Below, piece after piece: positions 36,601 through 49,900 of a stretch of DNA of 64,000 bases. The stretch comes from Podarcis tiliguerta. Its lineage: Eukaryota. Below the pieces are notes generated by a model. It saw only the letters and a program-made list of their open reading frames with translations. It searched no databases and was not told where the DNA came from. Location: NCBI GenBank assembly GCA_965153285.1, contig OZ229112.1. The stretch is one strand, 5' to 3'. The position numbers and the translations under genes are program-made. How positions within the stretch are numbered: the first letter of the stretch is position 1; the number at the start of each line of letters is the position of its first letter.

Positions 36601-39600
36601 ATCATATTAATTGTTTTGGCAAATAAGTTTGACAACTTTCTGGAATCTTCCAGTTTTATGATTCTCAAATATTGGTATCTGGTTCTCTAGGTCAGAAGAC
36701 TTGCCTCCATTTACATGGTATTTTTCCTTACCTGTATGTGCCATATGATGGTTATGGGCAGCTGGCAGAACATTATCTGCGTCATTTGGCATTCAGCATT
36801 GACCGAGCACTGAATGTAGCTTTAGGAAATCCATCCTCTTCTGTTCAGCATGTATTCAAAGTGTCACTAGTATATGGAATGTAAGTATTACTTTATTATC
36901 CCTTTTTAATTTGGTGGGTTGTGGGGCGTGAGTTGCTGTTGACAAAATTTAAAGACACTTATAAGGTATTCAGATTATAAAGCACTGTTAGTTAATAAAG
37001 GATTTAGAATCATAGAATTGTAGAGTTGAAAGGGATTTTGAGAGACATCTAGTCCAACCTCCTTAAATGCAGGACTCTCAACTAAAGTATCCATGACAGA
37101 TGGCAACCACCTGGGGGAGTATGTTGCACTCTCAAACAATTCTTATTGTCAGAAAGTTCTTCCCAATGTTTAGTCAGAATCTCCCTTCTTGTAACTTGAA
37201 GAAAGGTGTATTAAAAATACTTCTGCAAAGGCTTTGAGTTCACAATATTTGTTAGTATCCTTATACACAGAAGAGAACAACTTTCCCCCTTTGAGTAAGT
37301 CATTTCAATTCCCACTCTCTCACCAGTTTAGTTGCCCTTTTGATGCCATGTAAACTTGATGTCCTGAGTTTAGTTCAACCCCAACTTTTCTTTCTCTGAA
37401 GATTTTTTTTTAAAGTGGGCTATAAATTTATTAAACAAAATAATTAAATATATTGACTACACAGGTTTCCAGTACACTTGTGCTATATTCTTTAACTTAC
37501 TATATTTTTGGTAAGCTTTTGTAATATTTCCTGGATAGTTTGAGAACCATATGTGAAAGCTTTGTTTTACAGCCATCTTGGATTGTGTTAGTAAGCAAAG
37601 TCTTACCTTTCAAGTCCTGTGATTCACTCTGGTCCATTTACTACATAGTTTTTGGATGATAAAATTCCCCTCATGTAGGACTAGCAAACAACCATAATTA
37701 TGATGCACAGAGGATATCCAAATCTGGAGCTTAGTGGAAGGTCTGAAGTGCTGAACTGCCATTTACTGTAATAGGGTTGTTCAGCTTACAGATCATGGGA
37801 CAAACAATAAAATTACACCTTACTGAATATTTGTTTTCCAGACCTTTTTATGGTTACCATGAAAAAGAAAGACAATTTATGAAGATCTACCTTTATAATC
37901 CTGCTATGGTGAAAAGGTAATGTAGTAAAAATATGATGTGTCTACTTTAGAAAATAACACTTTCCCTGTTACCTTTCAATATTGCACTCTGCCAGCGGCT
38001 GCCTTTAAAGACAATTTAGAAGCTGCTGCTTCTAATTCTAATCTGTGGATCACTGGTGGCTCCTGGATCATAGTTTGGGAACTTCTGGTTTAAACAGATG
38101 CAAACAGCTTTTAATATCTGCTCCTGCAAATATAACACATGTAAATTGGCTCTTCGGAACATGGTTTTAGTGCCTAAAAATTTCACTGTTTATCTATAAT
38201 TCTGTGTGCTAGAAAAAGTATATTTTGTACTTTTGGCTTGTGTTTCAGTATTGATCAGCATTATATTTCAACCAGCGCTATGTTTAAACCAGCATTATAT
38301 TTAAATAACATGGTAATACGTTTCATTTCTAACTTTTTCCCATTTTAGAGTGTGTGAGCTTCTACAAGGTGGAGCCATAATGAATAAAAACTATCAACCT
38401 CATGAAGCTCATATTCCCTACCTCCTCCAGCTCTTTATAGATTACAACTTGTATGGAATGAATCTAATAAACCTGGCTGCTGTCAAGTTTAGAAAGGCGA
38501 AGAAAAAAGGTATGCAATTCCAATTCATAAATATTATTTAGCAGTTTTTGACAAATCTCTGGAATAGACTTTGTGTGACACAAGATATGATAATTGATTC
38601 TGCCTTTCTAATAAATGATGTATTTTCCATACTATTCTTCACTGTTGGTATACCATGTAATGTGTAGAGATGTAGTTTGAATTGAGGAAAGAAACACAGT
38701 ACTTTCCCACATTTAGAGACAATTTATTCAGCTTGGGGTTCTCTTAGGGTTATTTTTGTGATGATAGGAAGTTAGCTGGCATATACAGAGCTACATTGGA
38801 ACTACTGCAGCTTCCAATTTAAGCATTAGCCAGCAGTCATAGATGACAAGGAATTCCATGCAGCTGAATATGGTGAATTGCTTCATTTTTCCTCTGTGCC
38901 TAGGATAGACACCAGGTAGGCAGCTAGAGGAGAGATGCTCCCTCCTCCACACCTAGCATAGAAATGCTCCCATATGAGATGTGATGATCAATCGAGACGA
39001 CCTCCCCAAACCTATGGAAACACTGGTAGAGACCTATTGGATTAGAGGCTTTAAATAGGCATTATAAATCGGTTCTAAGTAGTGGTTCCAACTTTAAGAT
39101 GCTGTTACACTTTTCACAATAAATGACAGACTAGCTGCTATCATTGTTGTTTATTGTATTTTAGATTATTTTAGTTTATGTTTATTACATGTGAAAAAGA
39201 AGTAAAATACATTAAAAAGGAATGCAGTGGGATGATTCAGCAGACTATTAATTCTGTTTTCAGGCTAGTAATTTTCTATGCTTATTCACAAAGTTGTGCT
39301 ATTTAGATCGTACAGCTGCCCTACATTTGTTGTAAGGCTGATAAGACAACAACCATCTCATGCATTAACTGAATACATGAGGAGGAAGCTGGAACACTCC
39401 TGTCAGCCCTACCACAGATGCTGACACATTCTTTGTACATCCTCACCACCCCAGCTCCAGGAACATAGCCAGCAGGCAAAAAAGCATTTAGTGCATATAT
39501 ATGGGGGAGCCTCTGCTTTAGGGAATCTGTCATAGGCAGTAGCAGACAGTTGGGTGTAGTGGCAGTGCTTACTCCCTGACTGGGAGAAGCCAGATATTTG

Positions 39601-42600
39601 GAAAGTTAGTGTTGTGCAATGCACTGGCAGGAGTGCTGTATCAGCTCCACTTCTGAGTTTGCACAGTGGCAACTTTCCTTCTGCCTTGTTTCTCCCACTT
39701 TCCAGAAACAAACCAGCAAAAACTGGAAAAATGTGGGGAGTCCCATTTACGCCCTGGGCCTTCACACCACTGATAATGAAACTGTATATGATTGAGGCAA
39801 TGTGTGTACACAGACATTTCCCCTTTCCTCTGTAGGACCTTGTTAACATTTCTCAAGCTCCTCCTTCCATGAATGTCAATAATTATCTTTGACTCTCTAC
39901 CGTGACACTACTTTTCAACACTGGGAGAGCAGGTTTAGCCCTTATTTATTTTACTTATTTTTTTAAAAAAATTACACCCTGCTTTTCACTATCGAAATCT
40001 CAAAGCATCTTACAACAATAAAAATAAACATTTAAAAACAAATTAAACCTCAGATACTTAAAACCTCAGAAATATAAAATTTACCCCAACTGCTAGATTG
40101 CGACCGCTTCAAGTTCTCTGACAGAAATGTCTGGCTCTACTGTTGTGAGAGGACAGTTGAGTTATACTAATGGGCATTTGGTTAGGGACCAATCTGTGGA
40201 ACAGAGTATTGAGAGCAAATAAAATATGTGACCCAAGCAAATAAAAGCTAAGGCCCTAGAAGCTCAAACTTTGTTGGAAAGTATTAGTAGGTTCTCTTCT
40301 ACTTATGCTACGCCCAATGTTCTCTGAATCTGAAAAGGTCACAGGGCAAACAAATGGGATTAGAGTTTTAAGAACATAAGACATATCCTGCTGGATCAGA
40401 GCAAAGGCCCATCTATTCCAGCATCCTGTTATCACAGTGGCCAACCAGATGCCTATGAGAAGCCCACAAGCAGGACCTGAGCATAATAATAGTTTCCCCG
40501 CTTGTTTCCCCAGCAGCTGGTATTCAGAGTCATATACCTACTGATACTCCTGTATTTTCTCAAGCACCCTTTCTTAAACTGATTTTGCATTTATTTTTGT
40601 TATAGGATTCTGACTTTATTCACAATGCAAGTGGAATATGAATGTTTTGTTAAAGAAACAACAACAAAAATTACTTTCAATATAAAATGTTTAGAGTAAT
40701 AATAGTTCACAGTACCTGAAAGCTTATCTACTGTTATCTGTTTGTAGGTGATGTATTAGAAGAAAGTGGATCTTATAAATACAGTTTGTCAGGACATTCT
40801 GCTACCAAAACCCTTCTTCAATGGGAAAACAATCAAATACCAAGGTTAGCATCTCTGAATATATATCTCTCTAAATAGTCTTGAGACCACTTAGTCTAAA
40901 AAATAGTTATGGCATAAGCTTTCATGGACTGCATTCCACTTCATCAGAGGCTTGAAGTGTTACCCTGAGGTACAGAAATATATGCATATTGTAAACAGTA
41001 ATGTCAAAAGAAAAGGAAATGCTAAAAGTATAGCTGTTGATAATTATGTTATTAACAGTGGCCACTGACAAAAAAATAGTTGGAAGTATACATGTCCAGG
41101 CACTGGTTAGCTAATTAACACATGAAATGTGAGAAAAAGAAATATTTGCCCCGGTTCAGTGTCTACTTGCTGTCACTGGTGGATTGATTCAAGACAAAGG
41201 TGGCTGGATGGAGGAAGCACAGATAGGCCCAGTGAAGCCATGGTTAAGAATATGGTTCTGGCCAAACAGGATTTACTAAATACAGTAAGTCTTCAGCTTA
41301 TGCACATTTCACTTGTGTGCATTCAGCTTTACACCAGTGGCAAAAAATAAATATAAAGTAAGGGGTGGGGTTCTGGGAAAAATTGCTTTGGCAATCCCAC
41401 TCACTGCTGAACCCAATATGTTTTGACTATACACAATTTTGACTTTAGGCGCAATCCCTGTATGGTAAGAATTCACCTCTACACCACTTGTTCATTACCC
41501 AGTTGAGGAACAGCCACCTCTTGAATAAACAACAGACCCAAGGAAACTATTTCCGAGTCCAGCATCCAGATTTAGGGACCCAGCATTTATTATAGCTATT
41601 GCAATAGGACAGAGCTCATTCAACTCAATGTGCCAGTTGAGAAGGTCTGCCCCGAGGCACTTCGGAACAGAAGTTTATATAGTAGTTCAAACACAGCAAA
41701 CAAAGAGTCATAAAACATCTTCACATGCATCAGGAAAGGTTACAGGTCATGAAAAGTATGCAAATGTGGCTGCATACTGGTAATCTTCACCTCCACATCA
41801 CCTTGGAGTGGCCCTGATGTGTCCAGACCATTTTGAATAGCCAGATATCTGGCATTGCCCTGGCAACCTAGCCTTCAGTGAGGGAAGAATATCATAAAAT
41901 CCTCTTCCTGGGTCTCAGATAGCTTCAATGATAGCTGATTTAAACTCTGGTGCTAAAACATCCTGCCATTTGTACCACTTTCAGTGGTAGATAAGGAGAG
42001 ATGGAATGCAGCGTAGGAATGGGGAGACTAACAAATGCAGAACATGGAAAAAGCAAGCCTAATACATTCTAAAAGGTCTCTAATTCTTATACTGTATCAC
42101 CTGGAATGTAACCGCTGCATAAATTGCAGGCTTACTGTATTACTGCTTAGTTGATTGTGGTAGAAGAACGGTTAATATTTCCAAATGTTGTAATTTATAT
42201 TAGGCTATATTCCACCCATATATACATTTTATGGTTGCCTGAACTTCATAGCCCCTAAAATCCTCTGTGTTATCTCTTATCCTCACTGTCAGCCTCATTT
42301 ATTTATTTACTTATTTACTTACTTACTTACTTACCACCAACTCATAGAAATATCAAGGCCATCTACAGCTATATATATACAAGTACAATAAAACATCAAA
42401 CACAATAAAAATACAAATCTTGCCTATATTTCTATCATTGTGAACACATGAATCTGTCTCTCGCTTTCAGTACATCCACAAACCACTTATTTAAATACAT
42501 CCTGACTTACCATATTTTTCGCTCTATAGGACGCACCTTGTTTTGAGGGGGAGAACAAGAAAAAAAATCCACCCCATCTTTGCGCAGCACCCCTTCAGTG

Positions 42601-45600
42601 AAGCGGCAGGAGAAACTGAGCCCCTTCCATTTCTCCTCCCGCTTAGCTGAAGGGGCGCTGCGCCTTAGCTGAAGGAGCACCTACCCTTCAGCGAAAGGAA
42701 CACGAAGCCTCCGGAGCACGGCGGGAGCGCTCCCACTGTGCTTCAGAGGCTTCGCGTTGCTATCGCTGAAGCAAAGGAGCCTGCATTCGCTCCATAAGAC
42801 GCACACGCATTCCCCTTAATTTTTGGAGGGGAAAATGTGTGTCTTATAGAGCGAAAAATACGGTAGCTGTATTTATCCCATGGGACATATTCTGAACCTA
42901 ACTTGCTTGTATACTCTGCCCCGTGCTGCCTGCAAATCTCTACAGATACTTTCTTTCAGTGGTGCTGTTTATGTAAAATGAGTCTCTTTCTCTCAGTGCC
43001 ATTAAGGTAGGGAACAGGTGATGATTTGCATACATGTTCATTCAGGGTGCATGACTAATGTGCCTCGGCTTACCATCTAACTATGGCATAAATATCATGA
43101 CTTTAAAATGTTCAGACTATTTAAGATAAATTGTTTTTTCTACTATTAGAATTTAAGAAAATATAATTTTAGTGGGAAAGTACCATATTTTAATCATCCT
43201 TTAATTTTAATATAATTGCAGTTCTTTGATACTGGAGGGTGTTGAACCACAGAGTACCTGTGAACTGGAAGTAGATGCAGTGGCTGCTGATATTTTAAAC
43301 AGATTGGATATTGAAGGTAAACAATTTTGCTATGTGTAATCATTTAGGACATTAACAAGTTTGTTTTTTATGCATGCTTAGCACAATCTTCCCGAGCTGT
43401 TCCTCCAGATATTTTGGACTGCATCTCCCATCAGTCCCAGCCAGCAGAAAAGGAAGGCTGGCATAGCCCAATGCATCCTAAGTGGTATTTAAAACCTCTA
43501 AGTTACAGTTAACCTACTAAGTAAATATAACTGAAGGGATTATATAAACAAGTGACACAAGGTGAAGGCAGGAACAGGTGGCGGGGTGCTATGCCGCTAC
43601 CCTCCCAACAGTGGCATTGCTGCCACTTACTGGGAAGGTGCAGGGACAGGTACACTAGCTGAGCCACTTTGGTACTGAAGACAGTGTCCTACCTTACTCC
43701 CTCAGCATTATGGTAAACAGCAGCAATGCTGCTATTGGGAGTGTAGCAACATAGCACCCCCTCACCACAGTAGTCACTTTGGGAAGGCAATTGTCTGAAA
43801 ATATTGACAGGTTAATTCTTGCAAACAGCATAGATTGTACAGACAAGAGGTTTTGCAGTAAGCTTGACACTCCTGTTGAATTTGCTGTATTTTTCACTTT
43901 TTCCAGCCCAGGTTGGTCGGAACCCAGGTTTGCAAGCGATATGGGATGATGAGAAACAACGGCGTAGAGAAAACAATGAGTCCTCTCAAATTAGTCCTCC
44001 TAACTCACAAGGTAACTCACAGGGCAAAGTTGTTGTTGTTACATATTTATTTCTCAGTCACAATTCCTGGGCAGGTACGTTTGATGGGTCAGTACTCAAT
44101 TAAGCATTTGCTGCTTGTTGGGTTGTTAATTTTATCATAGCAGTCAGAAAGTCAAGAAGCTTTCCCATTCTTCTTCTAATACAGTTGTTGTTGTTTAGTC
44201 ATTTAGTCGTGTCCGACTCTTCGTGACCCCATGGACCAGAGCACGCCAGGCACTCCTGTCTTCCACTGCCTCCCGCAGTTTGGTCAAACTCATGCTTGTA
44301 GCTTTGAGAACATTGTCCAACCATCTCGTTCTCTGTCGTCCCCTTCTCCTTGTGCCCTCCATCTTTCCCATCTTTCCCAACATCAGGGTCTTTTCCAGGG
44401 AGTCTTCTCTTCTCATGAGGTGGCCAAAGTATTGGAGCCTCAGCTTCAGGATCTGTCCTTCCAGTGAGCACTCAGGGCTGATTTCCTTAAGAATGGATGC
44501 GTTTGATCTTCTTGCAGTCCATGGGACTCTCAAGAGTCTCCTCCAGCACCATAATTCAAAAGCATCAATTCTCCAGTGATCAGCCTTCTTTATGGTCCAG
44601 CTCTCACTTCCATACATCACTACTGGGAAAACCATGGCTTTAACTATACGAACCTTTGTTGGCAAGGTGATGTCTCTGCTTTTTAAGATGCTGTCTAGGT
44701 TTGCCATCGCCTTTCTCCCAAGGAGCTTTTCCCAAGGAGCAGGCGTCTTTTAATTTCATGACTGCTGTCACCATCTGCAGTGATCATGGAGCCCAAGGAG
44801 GTAAAATCTCTCACTGCCTCCATTTCTTCCCCTTCTATTTGCCAGGAGGTGATGGGCCCAGTGGCCATGATCTTCGTTTTTTTGATGTTGAGCTTCAGAC
44901 CATATTTTGTGCTCTCCTCTTTCACCCTCATTAAAAGTTTCTTTAATTCCTCTTCACTTTCTGCCATCAAGGTTGTGTCATCTGCATATCTGAGGTGGTT
45001 GATATTTCTTCCGGCGATCTTAATTCATCCAGCCCAGCCTTTCGCATGATGAATTCTGCATATAAGTTAAATAAGCAGGGAGACAATATACAGCCTTGCC
45101 GTACTCCTTTCCCAATTTTGAACCAATCAGTTGTTCCATATCCAGTTTTAACTGTAGCTTCTTGTCCCACATAGAGATTTCTCAGGAGACAGATGAGGTG
45201 ATCAGGCACTCCCATTTCTTTAAGAACTTGCCATAGTTTGCTGTGATCGACACAGTTAAAGGCTTTTGCATAGTCAATGAAGCAGAAGTAGATGTCTTTC
45301 TGGAATTCTCTAGCTTTCTCCATAATCCAGCGCATGTTTGCAATTTGGTCTCTGGTTCCTCTGCCCCTAATACAGTACTGTAGTTAAAAAAATTAATGGA
45401 GGCATCATGATAGTAAACTTTACATTCTTTATTTAAGCTGCTGCTCAAGTAAGCAGTGCCTGGTTTGTTGATTAATTTAAAAATGGTTAATCATTCAGTG
45501 CAACAGTTTCAGGACTGCTGACACATGGTCCCATCAGATTGCCCAACTTACCAGCCTCACTTGCTGCAATCTTCAGACCACCTTCAAGGACAGCCCCACA

Positions 45601-46958
45601 CACAATGTAATACAGTAGTCCAGATGAGAAATAACCAGAAGATAGGCAACTGAGGCCAGGCTACCTGTTCCAGGAATGGCCATAGCTGGCAAACCAGCCT
45701 AAGCTGGGCATAAGCTCTCCAAACAACAGAATCCACTTGAGACTCTTTTTTCAAAGCTTTAGGTGTATTTCCATTCCTTTGTGAGGCATTGATCACTCCT
45801 TGGACCCATACCATCAATCCCCTCCTAGATTTTACCAGATCTTATGGGCAACAATTGAGAAAGCATGTCAGTCCCAACACTGCAAGCATCCCATCACATC
45901 CTTGGGCTGCAGCAACTGAAAGTGATCCCACAAGCTATAATTTGATAGTGCTCTAGGTTCCTACAATCAGTTGTGGCATCAACTATAGGGTGAGTGCAAA
46001 TGTTTTTGAGAATGTTTGTGCAAAGAGAAGAATTTCTCTGGATTTAGAGTCAGTTTTTTTACACAGTGCTCTTCCTCTAAGTTGGAAACAGCCTTCTGTG
46101 AGTGGGAGAAACTAACAGTAATTAGTGGAACAGCAAATTTGGATATAATCAACAGATTATATTCCTTATAATATTTTTATAACTATATAAAAAGCATGGT
46201 AAAAAGAAAACAACCTTTTTAAAATTGGCTCAGAGCTGCTTGAAATTCAGACTATGTTGCTTGCTCTGAGCTTAAAAGTATTAGAAAAAATACATAAAGA
46301 GAAGGGTACTAATTGTTAATAGAATGCCTATGAAGTTTCAGTTTCTTATTTAGGAATTCAGTAGTCTTTTCTTTGTTGCTGTATTAACCGTCCTGTATAA
46401 CCTTTCCCCCTTAATTAAAGATCGTGGATTTGTAACTGCAACAGAAAGTGAAAAAATCTTTCAGAAGAGGCTTAAAGAAATCCTCAAGCAAAGTGATCTC
46501 TCTGTGTAAGTGTTCATTTAGCTGTTACTCTGGTTTTAATTGTGAGTTGTACAGTCATTTAAAAAGGTTTTATTTATTTATTAATAAGGACATTATCTGG
46601 ATCACTGGACTACAGTAATGGATCACAGGAATTCTCTGCAGAGTTGACGCTACATTCTGAGGTACAATCTCCTAAAGTTGTTCCGTGTTCACCAGCAAAT
46701 ATTGTAGAAGTACACAGAGATAAAGAACTCAGCAAAGGTTAGTAGTATTAATACAGTTGGCTTTTAAGTCAAATACAGCTCACCTTACATGAATACATCC
46801 TAGCTGGAATTACTTTTATGGAAAAACTGAGCAAAGGAGGCAAAAGAGACATAGAAGAATGCACAAGGAATGATCTTTACCTTTGCATGTTTGTCTACAA
46901 TATTCTCTGTTCTTTTCTTTCTGTGTCATAAAACAGCTGAGAAAAGCAAAAATGAAGA

Positions 46959-46996
<38 letters not shown>

Positions 46997-49900
46997 CACA
47001 GAAAAAACATTTCTCCCCCTGCATAATTGCATTTCACTGTTTCTGTGGGTGTGATGATGGTGAGGAGGAAGTGGCACCAAGGAAGAGTTACCTTCTGCAT
47101 TTGCTTTCACCAATAGTTTTTTTGGGCAGGGGCGGGGGGAGAGAAACTTTTGAAGAAAAGAGAGGTTTAGTGCACATCCTTGTGCCCCACCCTCTCCCAA
47201 AAACTCTATTCTCTTTCCAGAAATTGCTGGGAAGAGGAGATCTGAATTGCACCCCTCTGTTCTCAAGTGCAGAAAGATCTACTTTCTGGTTTCCCATAGG
47301 CATCTGGTTGGCCACCATGAGAAGACAATGCTGGACTAGATGGGTCATTGGCGTGATGTAGCAGGCTCTTCTTATGCTCATGTAATCTTCTGCCACTTCC
47401 TCTGAGCAAAATGCCTGGGAAGTGGCAACTTGTGAAAGGAGAAAGTACCCTTTGGAAATGTATTGATCTGCTGCGAGTTCCATTAAAAACGGTTTTAAAT
47501 AACCACAACTGAGTTTGCTCAAATTGTATTAAGAAAAGTCTTGCCACCATAAATTCCTATCTCTTTCAGATTCTGTAAGTTGTATAAACGTATGCATCTC
47601 AACTAGCACAAGTCTCTAACTATCTTCTGAAAATCTTGATCAACTAATTTGGATATGTTAATATGTTTAATAGTCTTCAGCAACTACTTTTGTGGGGAAA
47701 ATGTGTTGGCAGCTCATGTGCAGAGTTTTAAATCTCATTTTTAGAGGAGTCCAACAGGAAGTATAAGGAGGAGGAGGCGCTTATTAATGAAGAAGCTATT
47801 TTGAACATCATGGAAAATAGTCAGCATTTTCAAGCCTCATCTCAGAGACTGAATAAGACCCCAGTGTTCAGTAAGTACAATATAAATATAATCTTTCCCC
47901 CCCACAATAATAGGTTATTCTTCAATATGCTGGCAGTTTTATCTCTAGTGGTCCATGCAGTTTGTCTAAACTGAGCTTACTCCAAAAATTAGATTTCTGT
48001 AAAGTATTTCTAGTTTAGCTGTTCATCAGTAGTGGTGTTCTGTTACTGATTGAAAAGAGGAGCCTTTGAATCCTAGTGCTCTGCAAAACCACTTCCCTTT
48101 GGAAGATTGAAATTAAAATATACACCGCAAAAGTGAGAAATTATCAAAAGGTAGTAAGATTCTCAAAGGACAAGGGTCTCAAAAGATACTGTAAAGAAGA
48201 TACTGTAAAAAGTTTTGTTTGCCTAATACTTGCTTTTAAAATACTGTGTTCAGTCTGCACATGGAAAATATAGGTTATTTAAAAGAACACATCACAAAGA
48301 TAATCTTGAACTTTTTAAGATATAGGCTATGTCTGAATTTGTTTTTGTTTTTATTTCAGTGGACAGTAGTGCTGATCAAGCCATGATACATCTCTTGGCT
48401 GGGTTGGAGGATGATGGATACGCAATTGGAGGACATGGTACATTATCACAACACTTCTCCTCTGGAAGCTGTAGAAATCCCCAGAACAGTGATGATGAAG
48501 AAAACGAACCACAAATTGAAAAGGAAGAAATGGAGCTCAGCTTGCTAATGTCCCAACGATGGGACAGCAGTCCTAATGACGTGAATGCAAAGAGAAGGTA
48601 TCTTCTGTTTGTTGAATAATAGCTCTGGAGGAAATGGTACTAACTTAGACTGAAGTTCTCATACTTAATAAAGAAAATCAATGTGGGTGTCCAGACGCCA
48701 GTATACTATGAAGAGAGGTGTTTATTGGACAAGAAATGTGATTGGTGATATAATTTCATGTGGCTCAAATGAGCAGGCAGATAAGAAAACCCAAGGGTTA
48801 CTAGACTGCCAGAGCTTGAATGGAATGAGAGAGATTTGTAAGTGTGTTCTGCAATGATTGCTCCAGAATTCTACTCCTTACTATGCATTGCTATATTTGC
48901 TCAATGGGTACATTATATTAATGTGTGTTAAATACTGTGAGGAGGAAGGAACAGTGCTGCTATGTCTGTGTAAGTTGTTACAGGAAGCCCCACCAGCAAG
49001 AAATCAGGTTTCTCAGCATGCAAAGATAAAACAAAAGCACTGGCTGGGGTGGGGAGGTGGGGACTTGATGAGAAATTACAGCGACGATCGCTGAGAGATG
49101 TAGGGAAAGAAGCGGAATTTTCAGGCCACATATCCTGCTTTCTGAGTGAACAGTTTGGGGGAATAAATAAGAGGATGAGCCCTCTAAAGGAAGGTCCATT
49201 GGAGAAGGGAGCACCCATACTTGGTGCAAATAAGAAGGCAACACGAAGCAGATATATTGGAATCAGGGTCTGGAACACAAACTCACAGTAGCATGCTTGT
49301 AACAGAAGAGTGGTGGAAATTTTAGGGGAAAGTAGGATTTTGGAAGCAGGATAAAATATAAGTCCGGGGGGGGGGGGGAGTCCTGTGACGAAAACGGAAT
49401 CAACAACAGGCTCATTCAATATAATCTGATGTAAGATTGTATTGGCACTCTGAAGATCCACTGGTGGGTGGATTTCAACCTCTGTTGAAATTTGAACCCT
49501 ACTGTGATTTTCATGAAATATTTTTGTATTTCACTTTTGCATCCTGTCAGTTTGAAATACAGTTTAATGACTGTCTTTAAAATATTGCATTAGACCACAT
49601 TCTGTAGTGTAATAAGTTAATGTTTATTTTTAGTAAGCAACGTTCAAATGCTTTGTATTCTTCCTTCCCAAGCAAAGTATCATGTATTAACACCATAACC
49701 AGTAAACTCTCAAGTGGCTGACCAAAGGTTTTTATATACCTGAAATAAATTGCACTTCCAGGTCATTGGGCAGAAGTAGGAACCAGAGCTCAACGGAAGA
49801 TGATGGCACTTCAGAAGATGATATGGACTGGAGTGAAAACAATTTGCTTCTGGCAAGCCTATCTATACCTCAGTTAGATGGAACTGCAGATGAAAACAGT

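Noticed and set aside
44001-44030. TAACTCACA duplicated across the exon 7 donor, with a possible in-frame GC donor 12 nt downstream
   Set aside because: The canonical AAG|GTAACT donor is adequate and the alternative is very weak
48690-49500. Compositionally distinct intronic block with a 177-aa minus ORF
   Set aside because: No recognisable domain, TIR, LTR ends or TSD; probably an unidentified repeat fragment that I cannot classify
48598-49761. Donor GTATCTTC resembling a U12-type 5' splice site
   Set aside because: It deviates from GTATCCTT and there is no TCCTTAAC branch point near the acceptor, so treated as U2-type
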